A stretch of DNA of 64,000 bases from Amoebidium appalachense (GCA_963693365.1 CAVNZM010000002.1:12084328-12148327), one strand, 5' to 3'; counted from the first letter of the stretch, positions 1 through 27,426 are shown. Notes: generated from the sequence alone by a model not told the origin. Program-made: numbers and translations.

Positions 1-527
1 ACAACAATAACAACAAAAATAATACATAAAACTCAAACAATTACCACATCTAATCAAACAGTTTTAAAGGTAGTAACAAATGAATTTCCCTGTTTTACAC
101 ACCAAGCCGTGCAATGATAAACTATTAAGCTTTGACACCAGGAAACATTCATGCAAAAGGCAAAATATACGGGGAAAAACATGTAGGCACAACACATTCC
201 ATCTAAATCTACGAGTCTCTTTTTAGCTCAAATACACATGAGGGTGGAACTCAACTCTGTTTCGAGATATGCATGTTTCATTTTTCTTTATTTTTCCACA
301 TGGAAAAAAAACAAAACAGCCTACCTTCATTCTCCCCCCTCCCCCCCCTCTTCTCCCCCCTTCCGCCCTGCCCCAAAGACCCCTTCCCACCCAACCCCCA
401 CCTCCACCCACACACCACACCCACTGCGGCACCCACCCACACCGTGACCCCCCCCCCCCCCCCCCCTTTCCATCCCCCCCCCCCCCCCCCCCCCCCCTTT
501 CCTCCCCACACTTACACGCACATGCAC

Positions 528-8756
<8,229 letters not shown>

Positions 8757-8837
8757 GGATATGCTGCACGTTGGATAGTCATTAGATAGCCGGAATATCC
8801 ATGGGCATGCTTAGGGCCAGTGTATGATGTCAAAACA

Positions 8838-9228
8838 CACCCATTCAAGGTACACAGATCCGATCATGTGATTGGGTCTAAACAGAACAAATCGTGACGT
8901 AAGCATGAAATCGATTGGTTCCCAGAACCGGCATTCCGAGCAGTCGGCAGCTCATTCGTGTACATTTTATGCATGCCCTGAAATGCAGCACATGAAAAAG
9001 CTCGTATAACTTGTCTAATCTAAATAATCTTTATTTACCCGCTTCTAATAACAATTCAAATAATATATACCAATATTATGTAGATTAGTGTGATAAAAAT
9101 GAACTTCTATCGACATTACATTCTGCCGACCGCCTGCTGTTTGAAACCCTTCATTCACAATCCGGCAACGGTAAACATATGATACGTAACCAATGACTGT
9201 GAAAATCGAGGTGTACCTTGAATGGGTG
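8838..9228. mobile_element. MITE with 18-bp terminal inverted repeats (CAC- termini, CMC/CACTA-like)
   Basis: CACCCATTCAAGGTACAC at 8838 and its exact reverse complement GTGTACCTTGAATGGGTG ending at 9228. AT-rich non-coding interior. A related extra right end GTATACCTTGAACCGGTG lies at ~9370-9388. Confidence 0.8.
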
Positions 9229-9663
9229 AGATCTTGCCACTATTTGATTTTCATATTTTTGCTTGTATATCAGCGCTATATCGAAGATTTACATTGTACA
9301 ATTCCTTCGTTATAAAGGCAGTACACGTTTATCTCCACTGGGGGCTGAGATATTGCATAGATCGGTTGCGTATACCTTGAACCGGTGAGGTACCCTATAC
9401 AGTGTTTATTTACACTGAGACTACATGGGTTGATTTATGCAGACTCAAATATTTTCATTGTATGCAGGCCTAAGCAGGTTTCATTGTATACAGACTTAAG
9501 TGGGTTTCAGGATATGCATGGCTATGTGTAGATATATATATATTGATACGACCAGAGCGAGCATGGGACTTGCGAACACGAGAGCAAATTTTATGGGTCG
9601 TTCGTTTGCAGCCCCCCCTCCCCCCCTTTCCCCCCCCCCCCCCTCCCCCCCCCCCTCCCCCTC

Positions 9664-9695
<32 letters not shown>

Positions 9696-9739
9696 AAAAA
9701 ATAAAAAAAAATTGGCGGGTGGTCGGCTTGTTGTTGGGT

Positions 9740-11221
9740 CTAAAGGCGGAACGAATACGAGGCTAGCAAGGAGTGTAGAACCTTACATAGATCTATTTGA
9801 ACACTCACGGGTATTGAGAGGCAGAGACAAAGGGGCCGAAGGGGGGGGGGGGGGGGGGGGGGAGAGAGGAAGGGAGAAAGGGAGAGAGGGAGAGAGGGAG
9901 GGAGGGAGGGAGGGAGGGGGGAGGGAGGAAAAGTGTGTGTGTGTTGTGTGTGGGTGTGCGCACGCGCATGTCTGTGCATGCGTGCGTGCAATATGGGATG
10001 CAAAAACAAACTATAACTTGTAGAGCATCAAATCAGAAAAATACGCTTACGGGCAAGGAATGCGTACCATTCAAGCAGCGGCGCCACGGTTTCATCCGTT
10101 GGGGTGACATCCTTAGTGCTGAAGAGAATTACAGCACCTGAGGAAGAAACACACATAAGGATTTCGTTGTACGTGTCTTAGACCTATATTGAGGAAGGAT
10201 CTTGTACAGAACAGGAGGAACACTTCAGGTGTTTTAGAACACGTGAAAAGGACAAGACATAACAGAAAGCATAAATTAGTGGTGGGGTGGCGGTCGCAGT
10301 GTGTGTATGTGTGTGTGTGTGGGGGGGGGGGGGGGGGGGGGAGGGGGGGGGTGCATGCACGACGAATGAGTGGTTGTATGTAAAAATGCGACAAACCAAA
10401 TTTTCAAACACACCGAGCAACTGTAAAGACATGATGAAATATTCTAGGGTGGTTAGGTCGTGATGAATGCGTGTGTGTGTATAGTGGTGGTGATGTTGGT
10501 GTGGTGTGGTGGTGGTGTGTGTGTGTTTGGGGGGGGGGAGGGGAGGGGGGAGAATAGCAGCAGCAACAACAAATGTTTCAACAAACAAGCGGAAAAAGAA
10601 AAAGAAAAAAACCAATAAGGCGACACCGTGGATCGAACACGGGACCTTCTGCTTACGAGGCAGACGCACTACCACTATGCTATGCCGCCAAGGCGTGCAT
10701 TTCACATAACAGCAACAAGTAGTTCTCCAACCACGGTTCTCGTGACCTATGGTGCTGTAACTTGCGACGAGCGGAGCTGGAAAGTGCACTAATATATCAT
10801 ACGGGGAAAAAGTTTCGGAAAGGACACGCGAAATCTTAGATTTTCAGCGAAGCTAAACAAAAGCAGGAGATGGAATGCGAAAGACCAAAAAGAACATATC
10901 AAAGAGCAAGATAGAATAAAAAAATGTAAAAAAGGCGACACCGTGGATCGAACACGGGACCTTCTGCTTACGAGGCAGACGCACTACCACTATGCTATGC
11001 CGCCGATGTGGTATCACAAGGAGGCCAGAGGACATATCTAGGACTTTAAATTACGCACAAACAGCGAGTTTCGCAATCAAAACTACGGGAATACCACGTA
11101 CATACCCAGAATTTCGTCACTCGTCTCATCCGGGCTGATGGGTAGGGCCAGGCAAGTGCGCAGGCCGGCCACTCTGCACATGGGCGAACGGAAGAAGTTG
11201 AACTGCGGCAAACTGTGCAGC

Positions 11222-11292
<71 letters not shown>

Positions 11293-11588
11293 GTGCGTAC
11301 ATGAATGAGTGGTTGTACACGTCATTTCCCCTCCTTTTTTATCATATAATTTGCGCCCTGGTGTGTGTGGAGGGAGAGGGCGAGGGGGTTCAAATAAACG
11401 AATGTGCAAATTGGCTCTTTTGATCCCACAGTTCACTCGCGTCTTGTCGTCGCTTGCTATGTTCGAACCAATTTCCCACCCCACATCCCCCCCCCCCCCC
11501 CCCCCCCGTTTTGTGTTTTGTTTTTTGATATCTCCTACATATTCCGACCCTCCAAGGCATACCTCCCCCCCCCCCCCCCCCCCTCTGC

Positions 11589-11662
<74 letters not shown>

Positions 11663-12085
11663 CCCAAACCCACTAGTACATGTAGGTTAGTGATCAAATC
11701 AGCAAGCGAAAGAGATTGTTGGTACACACACACACACACACACACAGACCCCCCCGCCCCCACCCCCACAACACACACACACACACACACAGACACACAT
11801 AGACACACACACACACACGCTCAACCACCAATAATGTTTGAAAACAGCCCACTGCCACCCCACCCCAAATCACACCACAGGGCACAAACCGTGAACAGGG
11901 CTGGTCGTCGTTTTGTCAGCACGTTGCCGCCAAAGAAAATGTTGTATTCGATCAGCAGACCTATACCCCAGCGTGTGTGTGTCAGGATTCAACCTCCTGT
12001 CATCAACTCCCCCCTCCCATCAGCCCCCCCCCCCCCCTCCCCCCCCCCCCTCCCCCCACCCCCCCAACCACCCACCCTCTCCCCT

Positions 12086-12120
<35 letters not shown>

Positions 12121-13393
12121 ACGTCATTCGTCATTTAGGTATCCAAAGATAACACAATCACCATTTCGGGATGTAGTCCTCTCCCAGCCCCCTTCTCCCC
12201 TCCACCCCCCTACACCCCACCCCAATCCCCTCCCCTCCCCCTTCCCCTCCCTCCACGCAACACAAACAACCCCCCCCCCCCCCCCCCCCCCGGCCGCCCG
12301 CCCCACAAACCCCCTCTTTTAATCACCACCACCATGATATATAAGACATAATTGAACAAGCTGAACGAAACGAACACAAAGTAGAGTCTGCCGCAAATTG
12401 GACATCGCTACATGTATCCCCCTACTAGATTTGAACGAAATCTGGTTTTCCGAAACCACAGTGTGCATTCCTTCACATTCCTCACGTACCCCTACACGCT
12501 CCAGACAAAACAGTTCATAAACGCCATGTCCCTAAGACCGTAAATCCCACACAAATCTCTGGGAAAAAAAAACACGCACACACAAAACCGCACACCCTTT
12601 GCCCACACACACCTTTACGTGCCTAGGATTCTTTCACACATTCCTCGCATACCTTTGCTAACCTCCGCGAAATCCGCCAGTTTCTGCCTCTGCACAGGGT
12701 CTGCGTTTGGTGTTATGCAGCAACTTTCCCTGCAGAACTGTAAGACCTGCCACTCCTGGTTGATGGTCCATAGCTCGGTGAACTCCCACCCGGCAAGAGA
12801 ACTGATTTGCTGCAGGAGAAGAGTGAAGGCGGAATGGATCATGCTGCGGGGTGAGGAGTGTGTAGGTCAGCCGTTCGTTCTGTTATATGTCATACGTGGG
12901 TTTATTCTCATTCTTACACACAAACGTACGCGGATGCACACACACATGCGCGCACACATGCACACATGTACACATTCTCTCTCCCCCCCCCTCCCCCCCT
13001 CCCCCCCCCCCCCCCCCCCAAAAAAAAAAAAAAAAAAAAAAAAAAAACACACACACCCCTCTTCCTCTCTTGGTCCTACCTCCCGCCTCCCCCCATCCTC
13101 TTTCTTTCTTTTCCTTTCTTATCATCGATCATCAGCATCATTATCGTCCACTCCTTTCTTGGGGTTGGAGGGGGAGGGGGGGGGGAGGGGGAGGAAGACA
13201 GAGACTGGGGGGGGGGGGGGGAGGGGGAGGGGAGAGGGGAGGAGGGGGGGGGGGGGGGGGGGGAGGAAGAGGGGAAGGGATGGGAGGAAGGAAGAAACAG
13301 GGAGGGCGGGTCAGACTCTGGGACATGAGAGAGGTGGGACCGAGGAGATAAAGAGGGGATGGTAGAAAGAGATGACGAAGGGAGGGGGAATGA

Positions 13394-13430
<37 letters not shown>

Positions 13431-13445
13431 GGTTAGAATGTGTTA

Positions 13446-13525
<80 letters not shown>

Positions 13526-13546
13526 CGGGGGAGGCGGGGAGACGCG

Positions 13547-13577
<31 letters not shown>

Positions 13578-14032
13578 ATTTACCTTCTGTTTTTACCGAA
13601 ACGCTGACAGCACAGAATCTGTTGGCCGTTGAGGTTGGTGGGGAAATCCGTTGCATCTGTATCGTCGACAGAAAGCATAGTCTGGGCGTCACGAAAATCA
13701 GAAAAAATGGCCTTTCATGTATGTTTTGGACAGCATAAAAAAACAACTTTTCTCATTAGCATGTCTAAAATATGGGTAGCTGGGTGGATTTGTGGAGGCA
13801 AGGGAAAGGAAGACAGGTAGTGTGCGTGTATGTTGTGTGTGTGGGTGGGTGGGAGGCGGGGAAGGGAGGATAAAAATGTGGTACATATCGCAGAGTGCTA
13901 TATAACCATGCATAGCCTACTGCGGATACGCACAAAAGAGCACACACAAAGTGTGTAGTTAGGCACCAAGTATGCAACATAGGTAGATCCCAACCTTAAC
14001 TAGAGGCACGAGTTACAGAGCTGGGGGAGGGG

Positions 14033-14072
<40 letters not shown>

Positions 14073-14774
14073 GGAGAAACAATTGTCCCAGAGTACAGGC
14101 ATAAAGAACAGAGAGCGTGTAAGTGCGCACAAAAAGACAAACATGAACATGCTGGTAAGCGGGTAGGTAGGCAGGCACACATGCACAGGCACACGCGCAC
14201 GGACCCACGAACACGCATGCACGCACACACACACACACTGAAGGCATTTTTCCTGACCGCTGTCTCACCTTGAGCACAAACTGAGCACTGTGGTTGAGAA
14301 AGTGTGCAATCTCCGGGTGGCCGTTTTGGAGGGCATTCTGGTAGGCGTTGAAGCCCCATCGGTCCTTGATCTCCACGTTGGCGCCCTTAGACACTAAAAA
14401 GATGGTTGTTAGATGGTATATGATGATAACACAACAGCCACTTTCAATCTTACTCTTTTTCGTATAGCCCAGACAATATTGCTTGGGCCTTAGCCCTCGG
14501 AAACATTTCTCCCCCCCCCCCCCCCCTCTCTCTCCCATTAGCACGCTTAATCTCCTTTTAAACATTGCATTACGATTTTAATAGCAGGTTTAAAGAGAGG
14601 AACACACCCAGATACTGCACGACGTCCAGGTGGCCCTCGCTAGCAGCCACGTGGATGGGGGCCCTGCCGTCATAGTCCTTCATGTTGACATCAAGCCCAC
14701 GCCACTCAATCAACGCCTTGACCTGTGAAAGAAAAAATGGAGGAGGGGGAGAGGGAGGGGTTTTTTTTTTTTTT

Positions 14775-14829
<55 letters not shown>

Positions 14830-15415
14830 GGGTTGGTCGGTTAGGATACCGGTACATACACACCGTGCACAAGATCCACAAAAGGAATAGGGTGTAGGGT
14901 ACTAGGCAGGTGTGGGTGGGTGGGTGGGTGGGCAGGGGGGGGGGGGGGGGGGGGGGGGGGGGATGTATGCAATGAATGTTGGCAAACATGGGAGGAAAAA
15001 AACACACCAAAAAAAGCCCAAAACACAAAAAGGAAGGGGAGCGATTGTGCGCAGGCAGAGCGGCGGCGTGGGTGGAGACGGAGGGGAAGGGGGGAAAGAG
15101 GAGGAGGAGGGGGGGGGGAACAATAAAACGAGAGGCAGTTCACGACGTGCAATTCCAGAATGCAAAAATGAAAGATGGGGATGTTGTGCTGTTAATCATT
15201 TTTGTTGTTATTGCAGTTGCATAGTAAAACAAGGGGGAAAGAATAATCGGGGGAAAGAGACCGGAAGAAACGAAAATGAACGGTTTGTCTATCCCTCCCT
15301 TCTCACGGAAAGCCAAAATCAAAACCACATACAATTCCGAACATGCAACACCACCCACAAACCCAGCCCAACATGGCAATACCATCCAATCACACCAATC
15401 TAAATATAGACCCCC

Positions 15416-15446
<31 letters not shown>

Positions 15447-16284
15447 AAAAAAAAAAAAAGAGAGAGAAAAACCAACACCAACCTAAACATAGCGAAGCGC
15501 ACACATGCACAACACCCATTTGGTATATTTATGTTTCAGCTGTCTATTAGTAAAACAAATAGTATAGCTACACCACCCACACATGGGCCCACGTATATAT
15601 GGCAACACCACTAACTCAAATCTATTTGAAGAAAGCAGAACCGACCACACACACCCATCCAAACATGCCCCCCCTCTCCCTCCCCCCCCCCCCCCCCCCC
15701 CCCCTACACACACACCCACACCAATCTAAACACAGCATCACCATCCACACATTCCATCCCAACTTAACACACACACAAACGCACACAACCACACACAACC
15801 ACACGCAACCACCCGCAACCAATCATACCTTATGTAATTCGCCGAGAGCACACGCCTTATTCAGTTCCAGTGCGTCTGTGTCGTAGGACACAGCCTGCGC
15901 ACCCTTCTGTGTGAGCAGAGCCACTATATCCTTGTGGTGGTTGTCTAGCGCATTCTTGAGCGGTGTGTGCCCCCATCTGTATTTTTCGGTTCATTTTCCA
16001 GTTAGTACAAAATCCCGTGAGCGGTGTGCGACCTTATCTGCGTTTTATCCCTTCTTCTTCTTCTTCTTTCTTTAGAGCACGAAACCGTGGTAAGGCATGT
16101 GTGCATGCGCATGCTTGGGCACATATTTGCCGTCGCGCGCATGCATGCGTGACCATGTGTGTGTCTTGTGTATGTGCTCGTGCATGCACGTTATGTATGC
16201 ATGTGAGTGAGTGAGTGCGTGACTGAGAGAGTGAGTGAGTGAGTGAGAGAGCGAGAGAGAGAGGGGGAGAGAGAGAGAGAGAGG

Positions 16285-16316
<32 letters not shown>

Positions 16317-17591
16317 AAGAGAGAGAGCCTGTGTGCGCGCGCGCGCGTGTGCATGTGCATGTGTGTGTGTGTGTTTGTAAGGGGAGTCTATATAACATCT
16401 CACCTGTCAACAATATTAACCTCTGCGCCGTGGCTGAGCAGGAACTTGACCACGTCTATGTGGCCCTCTGCGGCAGCCATGTGCAATGCCGTGTGCTTGC
16501 TGCGGGTGCTTTTGCTGTTGACGTTGGTCCCTGCCTGAACCAGCAGCTTGATATTTTCCAAATCACCCTTGCTGTGTGGGTAGTTGTAAGAGTAAGTATT
16601 GGAAGGCGGCGTATGTTTGGATATGACATTTAGCAAAAAAAATTTTTGTAGCATTAGGCCTAGAAGGTGGCGTGCTTGGATACGAAATTGATAAAACTAA
16701 ATGTAAAATTAGTCTTAGAGAGTGGCAAGCTTGGATATGACTTTGAATAAAAAGAACTATAAATTTAGTCTTAGAAAGCGGCATGCTTGATATGAATTTG
16801 AGTAATAAGAACTATAAATTAGAACTTAGAAAGCAGCATGCTTGATATGGCTTTGAGTAAAAAGAACTATTAAGTACAGCTTAGAAAGCGGCATGCTTGG
16901 ATATATCAAAAAATTGTATAACCAGACTTAGAAAACGGCTTGCTTGGATATGACATTTAATATAAAAAAATAGATCTGTGATGTACTCAAAACGGCTGTA
17001 TCAAACACAAACGCATCAGTCTAACTAGCCTGATGTACCAGATACAAGTCAGTCTTAAAATTCAAGCGCCAGCCGAGGTGATATAAAAACATTGAACGAA
17101 AGAAGTCAACCCTCGATTACAGTCTTGGCCGGCTTGACCACCCCAACATCCCAAGGTTGGCGCCAGAAAGAACCCCTCTGATGACTGTTTCATGCTGGCC
17201 TTTTAAAAGATTTAAAAGTTTAATGTTAAGACTACACCTGACCGAACTTTCGTCCTCCCAGGCCCTTGATGTTACCCATACGGCTAGAGCGGGACTGGAC
17301 CCGAGCAAGAAAACAACCATGTCTGTGTCCGAGTACAGTCGACGCTTGCAATAGCAGAGCCAACCCCCCCCCCCCCCCTCCCCCCTTCCCCCCCCCGTGC
17401 ACAATTAACAGCCCAGGGGGCGGGGCTAAAACTTCCGGGGTGTTATATTTAGGCTAATCTACCTACGTTACATCAGCAACAATGGTAATCTGTGAAATGG
17501 CAGGGGAAGGAAGAGGGGGGGAGGGGGGAGGGGGGAGGCTATACATCGAGGGGTGCTAGACCGTGTGGGGAGGGGGGGACGGGGGGGGGTG

Positions 17592-17622
<31 letters not shown>

Positions 17623-18126
17623 AAAGGCTGAAATATTGAGGGTCAACTGTATGTGCACACGATATTGAGTGCCACGGTGGTTTTTCCAGACGCTTGCAGA
17701 TGCACACGTACGTGCACGAGTCTATTTGAAGACCCTAAACGCTCTATGCCGCATCCTACAAAACACACTTAATTCCCCCCTCCCGCCCCCTCCACCCTCT
17801 GCAGGGATAGCAGGTGTAGAAAATGCCAAATGAAACGAAGTAGTGGACGTGCCCCTATACAAGGAAAGTGAGCCACCATCTTAAACTGTTAAAACTGTGC
17901 TCACTCATAAACAAACAACCACCACCACACATTGCTGGATGCAAGCCCCGCGGGGGAGAAGAGGGGGGGGGGGGGGGGGGGGGATTAAGGCACACGTGCG
18001 ACCCTCACCTTGCATACTCGCACATCCTGTCACCAAGCTCGTGCTTGGCCGTGCCACCGTGCTCACGAATGAGCTGTGCTGTTTCCTGCATATATTATAT
18101 AACCCGGTGTGTGTACGTGTGGGTGT

Positions 18127-18170
<44 letters not shown>

Positions 18171-18228
18171 ATGTGTGTGTGTGTGCGTGTGTGCGTGTGC
18201 GTGTCCGTCGTGTGTGGGCATGTGTGCA

Positions 18229-18261
<33 letters not shown>

Positions 18262-18519
18262 CTGTGTGTGTGTGTGATTGGGGGTGAAGGGGCAAGGGGT
18301 TGGGGGAGGGTGAGGGGAGAGGGCATTTCAATAACACCGACATAGCCTGGAAAGACCCCCTCCCCCTCCCCCCCCCCCCCCCCCCCCCCTTCTTCCTCCT
18401 CATATCAATTCACAAAGGGACGCACTCATGGCTTATGTATTATTTTACTATTAGTTTCTCAAATCCCGCCGCTACAAACCCATCCTAACGGCCCCCTCCC
18501 TTTTTGCTCCCTATCCCCC

Positions 18520-18576
<57 letters not shown>

Positions 18577-19291
18577 AACTACACACACCACATACACACA
18601 CCCACCACACAAACACACACCCACTCATCCACACACACACACCAAACACACACCTACCCACCAAGGCACACGCACAAACACACACACAGAAGAGGAATTA
18701 AAAAGGGGGAAAAAACGCGCCGGGTGAGGGGGGGAGGTGGGGGGAAAAGTGAGAAGAAGAAAGATAAAAAAAAGAAGGAAAAAGTGGGAAACAACGAGGA
18801 GGGGACGAGAAAAACAACCCAACCCCAACCAGCCCTTCTCTTTGCCCAAATATCGAAGATCTCTCCTTACAAACACCAGATAACAGTGAGGGGTGGTGGT
18901 GGCAGTGTGAGCGTTTTGATGGCCAGGGAAAAGGGGGGAGGGAGGATCTTTGAGAAGCAACTGAATAGAGTACAAACCCCGTGCAGGAAAGGAGAGGGAG
19001 GCACCGGGGTGGGGAGTTTTTTCCCTTGTCTTTTCTTCTTTTCTTTCTTTCTTTCTTTCTTTTTTTAGTTGGGGCGGGAAAGGGGGGGGGGGGGGGGGTA
19101 TGTGCAGGGGGGTTCCAATGCCTCACCTGCACATTGGAGGGAAAGAGCGGATAGGGTGGGGTGGGGTGGGGGGGGGGGGGGGGGGAGGGGGGGGGGGGAA
19201 GGGAGGGGAGGAACGGAAGGAATACGGGAAGAGACGGAAAGACGAGGGGTGAGGTGGAATGGGGTGGGTGGTGGTGGCAGTGGTGGTGTGC

Positions 19292-19377
<86 letters not shown>

Positions 19378-19566
19378 GGGGAGAGGGGGAGGGGAGGGGG
19401 GGGGGAGGGGGGGGGGGGGGGGGGGCATACGAAGTGACCATTGTTAATCGCCTCCTCCAGGGGGGTGTTTCCCCACCGATCGACCGCATTTACGTCCACC
19501 TTCTGTTCGATCAAGAACTCCACCGCACCTACACGACCCTCGGCTGCGGCAACATGCAGCCTGCAT

Positions 19567-19629
<63 letters not shown>

Positions 19630-19788
19630 GAATAGAAAAAGGTGAATTAAAAAATAGCCAATACAGGTTTGAAAGTGGGTGGAATGAGTCTCGGGAGGAG
19701 GATGGGGAAGAGGTGGGGGGGGGGGGGGGGGGGGCTTACTGGCTCTTTTTTCCATCAGAGGGGAAACGGTGTAGAACTGCTTCCAGCC

Positions 19789-19833
<45 letters not shown>

Positions 19834-21259
19834 AAAAAAAAAAGAAAAAGAAAAAGAAAGAAAGAAAAGAAGGAAAAACAAAGAGCACGCAGATTAGCAA
19901 GCCCCATGACATTCTGGCGCACCAGCAACCAGAAGCAACCTCAAGCCTGAATAAAGAGCAAATGCCTTATAGACCCCCCCCCCTCCTCCCCCCTCCTTCC
20001 GCCCTCCTTGCTTCCTCCTCCACCCCCTTCCTCGCCCTCTACCTCCCTTCCCACCCTGCCAGATCCCCATCAATTTCTCCAGCCACAACCAACATCATAA
20101 AGTAGTGAACTTTTCCTCCCTCCCCTTCCCCCCAAACTCCCCGCGTCCTCCCCCCCCCCCTCTCCCACGGTTCCAAACCCCTCTCCACCCCCTGCCTACC
20201 CCCCCCCCCCCCCCCCACCCCCCACCTGTCACTCCAGCACCTGTTGCATATTTACAAAGGTCCCCCTACCCATTTCTTGACCCACTCCTTGAGCCCCTCC
20301 CTTGAGTCCCTCCCCCCTCCCCCCCTCCCCCCCATCCAAACTGTATCACACCATCCCAGCATATATGAGCCGGTAAAAGTAGTGGATGGTTACATGTCAC
20401 TATTCATTGCTAAGTGTTAGGCACGAGCATTAAAATCTTCGCGTGTTTGTAAGTGTGTGTTGGGGAGGGGGGGGGGGGGGAGGGGGAGGGGGGGGGGGGG
20501 GGCTGGGAGGGCTGGGAGGGCCTTTGGATAAAAAATAAGGGAGAGGGCGGGGGTACGGGGGGGGAGGGGGAGGGGGGAGGGGAGGATAACATGCAGCGGA
20601 CTATGCGAAATCCCACTCAACCGAGCGAGATAAGAAAGTGATGCAGAAAGCCATAACCCACAGCAATGTCCACATGCACACGAAACTTTTCGATTATTGC
20701 TGCTGGGAAAGGGCTTATTATTAAGGGAATGCGTGAACCGTACAGAACGGTCAAACGTGTTGCCTGTTACAAGCAGATCAACGACAACACATATGCAAAA
20801 GGCACAGCAACACATGTCATGTTTTTTGAGGCGGCGAAGGGGAAGGAATACATACGGTGTCCTTCTGTCCAAGTCTGCCTTTGACAAGTCCGCCCCTCTC
20901 AGCACAAACCACTTCAGCTGCTCCACATCACCAAACCTGGCCGCATACAAAATGTCCCCAACGTCGTCAAGCGGCTTAACATGCAACTCCACAGAGCGTG
21001 TTTCCAAGGATGTGAACGGGCTAGGTGGTGGGTTATCCGGGTCATGGTGGTGATGATCATCAAGTTCCATTAAATCATCCTCAAAGTGGAATGTTGCGTC
21101 TCCATCATCTAGTTCACTTGTGCTAATTGCGCGTGTTCGATCCAGGGACCCAGCCGTGGCTAGTGCGGTGTGGACGCTGGCGTTGGGTTTCGACGAGACA
21201 AACTCGGTACCGCTTGCTGTTCGCATCAGCTCCAGTGGCTGCTTTAGTAGCTTATCCAT
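9740..21259 (-). CDS. Ankyrin-repeat protein with C-terminal GAF-like domain (13 exons)
   Basis: In-phase exons 21259-20856, 19560-19431, 18085-18009, 16571-16404, 15976-15829, 14722-14608, 14393-14269, 13681-13584, 12843-12653, 11960-11890, 11223-11106, 10137-10051, 9792-9740. Ankyrin motifs [55 protein letters not shown]. The C-terminus [35 protein letters not shown] has a GAF-like pattern. An upstream exon may exist. Confidence 0.85.
10618..10689 (-). tRNA. tRNA-Thr(CGU)
   Basis: GGCGGCATAGCATAGTGGTAGTGCGTCTGCCTCGTAAGCAGAAGGTCCCGTGTTCGATCCACGGTGTCGCCT folds as a complete cloverleaf with anticodon loop CT-CGT-AA and a GTTCGATC T-loop. T-tracts lie downstream. Confidence 0.95.
10933..11004 (-). 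tRNA. tRNA-Thr(CGU), identical second copy
   Basis: Same 72-nt sequence, immediately followed by an oligo-T Pol III terminator. Confidence 0.95.
16601..16970. repeat. ~55-bp minisatellite (~6 units)
   Basis: Unit like CTTAGAAAGCGGCATGCTTGGATATGACTTTGAATAAAAAGAACTATAAATTTAGT, adjacent to the ankyrin exon-4 acceptor. Confidence 0.85.
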
Positions 21260-22018
21260 CTTTGTGTATTAGGAGGCGTACCCTTGACGCTTCCACAAAA
21301 AACAATACAGAGAAAAGATGGGGAGGGTGAGGAGAGGGTGGGGGGGAGAGGGCTGAGGAGGTAGGGAATGGCACAGGGAGCCTCCTCCCCTACTGTTGGG
21401 TTTGCACTCCTCACCAAAACGCCCCAGCGGAGGTACCCTTATTATAAAGGAACGTGCCAACGTGACACCTGAAGCAAAGGAAGAACGCTATTGCTGAGCG
21501 AGTAAATGTTTTCTTTCTCCTTCAAGTAATGACGTGCACCTTTCAGCTAAAACTTGAACCTTTCTCCTTCTTTCCGAAGAGGCTATCTTCGCAGCCAGAG
21601 TGAGCAATACTTCAGCCGGCCAAGCCAGTGCTCGTCCGGGCACAGTAATTCTAAAAAACAGAGCACTGGTAATCATGACAAAGGTACAGGTACAAATCTG
21701 ATTTGATTTTTATAAGATCTTTTGTGCGATATGTGGCGAAATATATGCTCTGAAAATGCTTTTAGAGCTGGTACTTGATAACTGAATGATTTTGTTTGAA
21801 AGTAGTTTCATTTTGGGAAACGATCGCGATTAGCGATCTAGTTTAGTGTTTTAGGGTTACAATTTAGGCCCCATTTTCATGATATCCTACCCAGGCCACC
21901 AGTCTGCCAGTGCCGCCACTGTCCACCAGTAGTCACTTTTCTTACTGAACGTTTTGTTTTGACACTGATGCTTTGAGGTTGTGTAGCGTTTGTAGAAGCG
22001 AAAAACAAAAACACGAAG
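21260..22018. promoter_or_regulatory. Probable bidirectional promoter and 5'UTR region (ankyrin-GAF / EMC8-9)
   Basis: Head-to-head start codons 760 bp apart, with a microsatellite-free spacer. Promoter function is inferred. Confidence 0.45.
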
Positions 22019-26814
<4,796 letters not shown>

Positions 26815-27011
26815 ATATATCTGCGTGACATAAAAGTAGCCAACGTGATATATAGGTATGATTGCTGTTACAAACTTGATATATCCCCCTTTTGGTGCTA
26901 TTGTGATTTTGTTTCTTATTTCTTATAATCTCGGTTGATTGGTTGTCCGCTTTGGTCGTTCTTCTTTTCTTTTTCTTTTTCTTCTTTTTTTTTTTTTTTT
27001 TGTGTGTGTGT

Positions 27012-27053
<42 letters not shown>

Positions 27054-27426
27054 CAAGTTTGTTTAGAAGACAATGCATCTATGACAACGTTAACGGACAG
27101 ATCTTTTTTAACGGGGAATTCTGCAAGTGTTGCATGGGTTGAATTCGATGCAATGATTATTCAAGTGCAAATGGGTAGGTATTTGTCTGTCACAGGGGTG
27201 ATTTTGATCATGTTGTGACCCTCGTCTGGTGAATGCATGTTTGACTTAGAAGGTACGACTAATCGAAAGAAAGAGATGTATGATTTTTTGGCGATATGCG
27301 CTTGGGGCCGGTACCCACCAGTTGAAGAATTAAAGAGGGCGAAGATTACAAGACGTTATCAGATCAAGCAACTGCAAAAATAAGAGAAAAAATGGGTGGG
27401 CAAAAAAGAAATCAAGCCTGGTTGAT

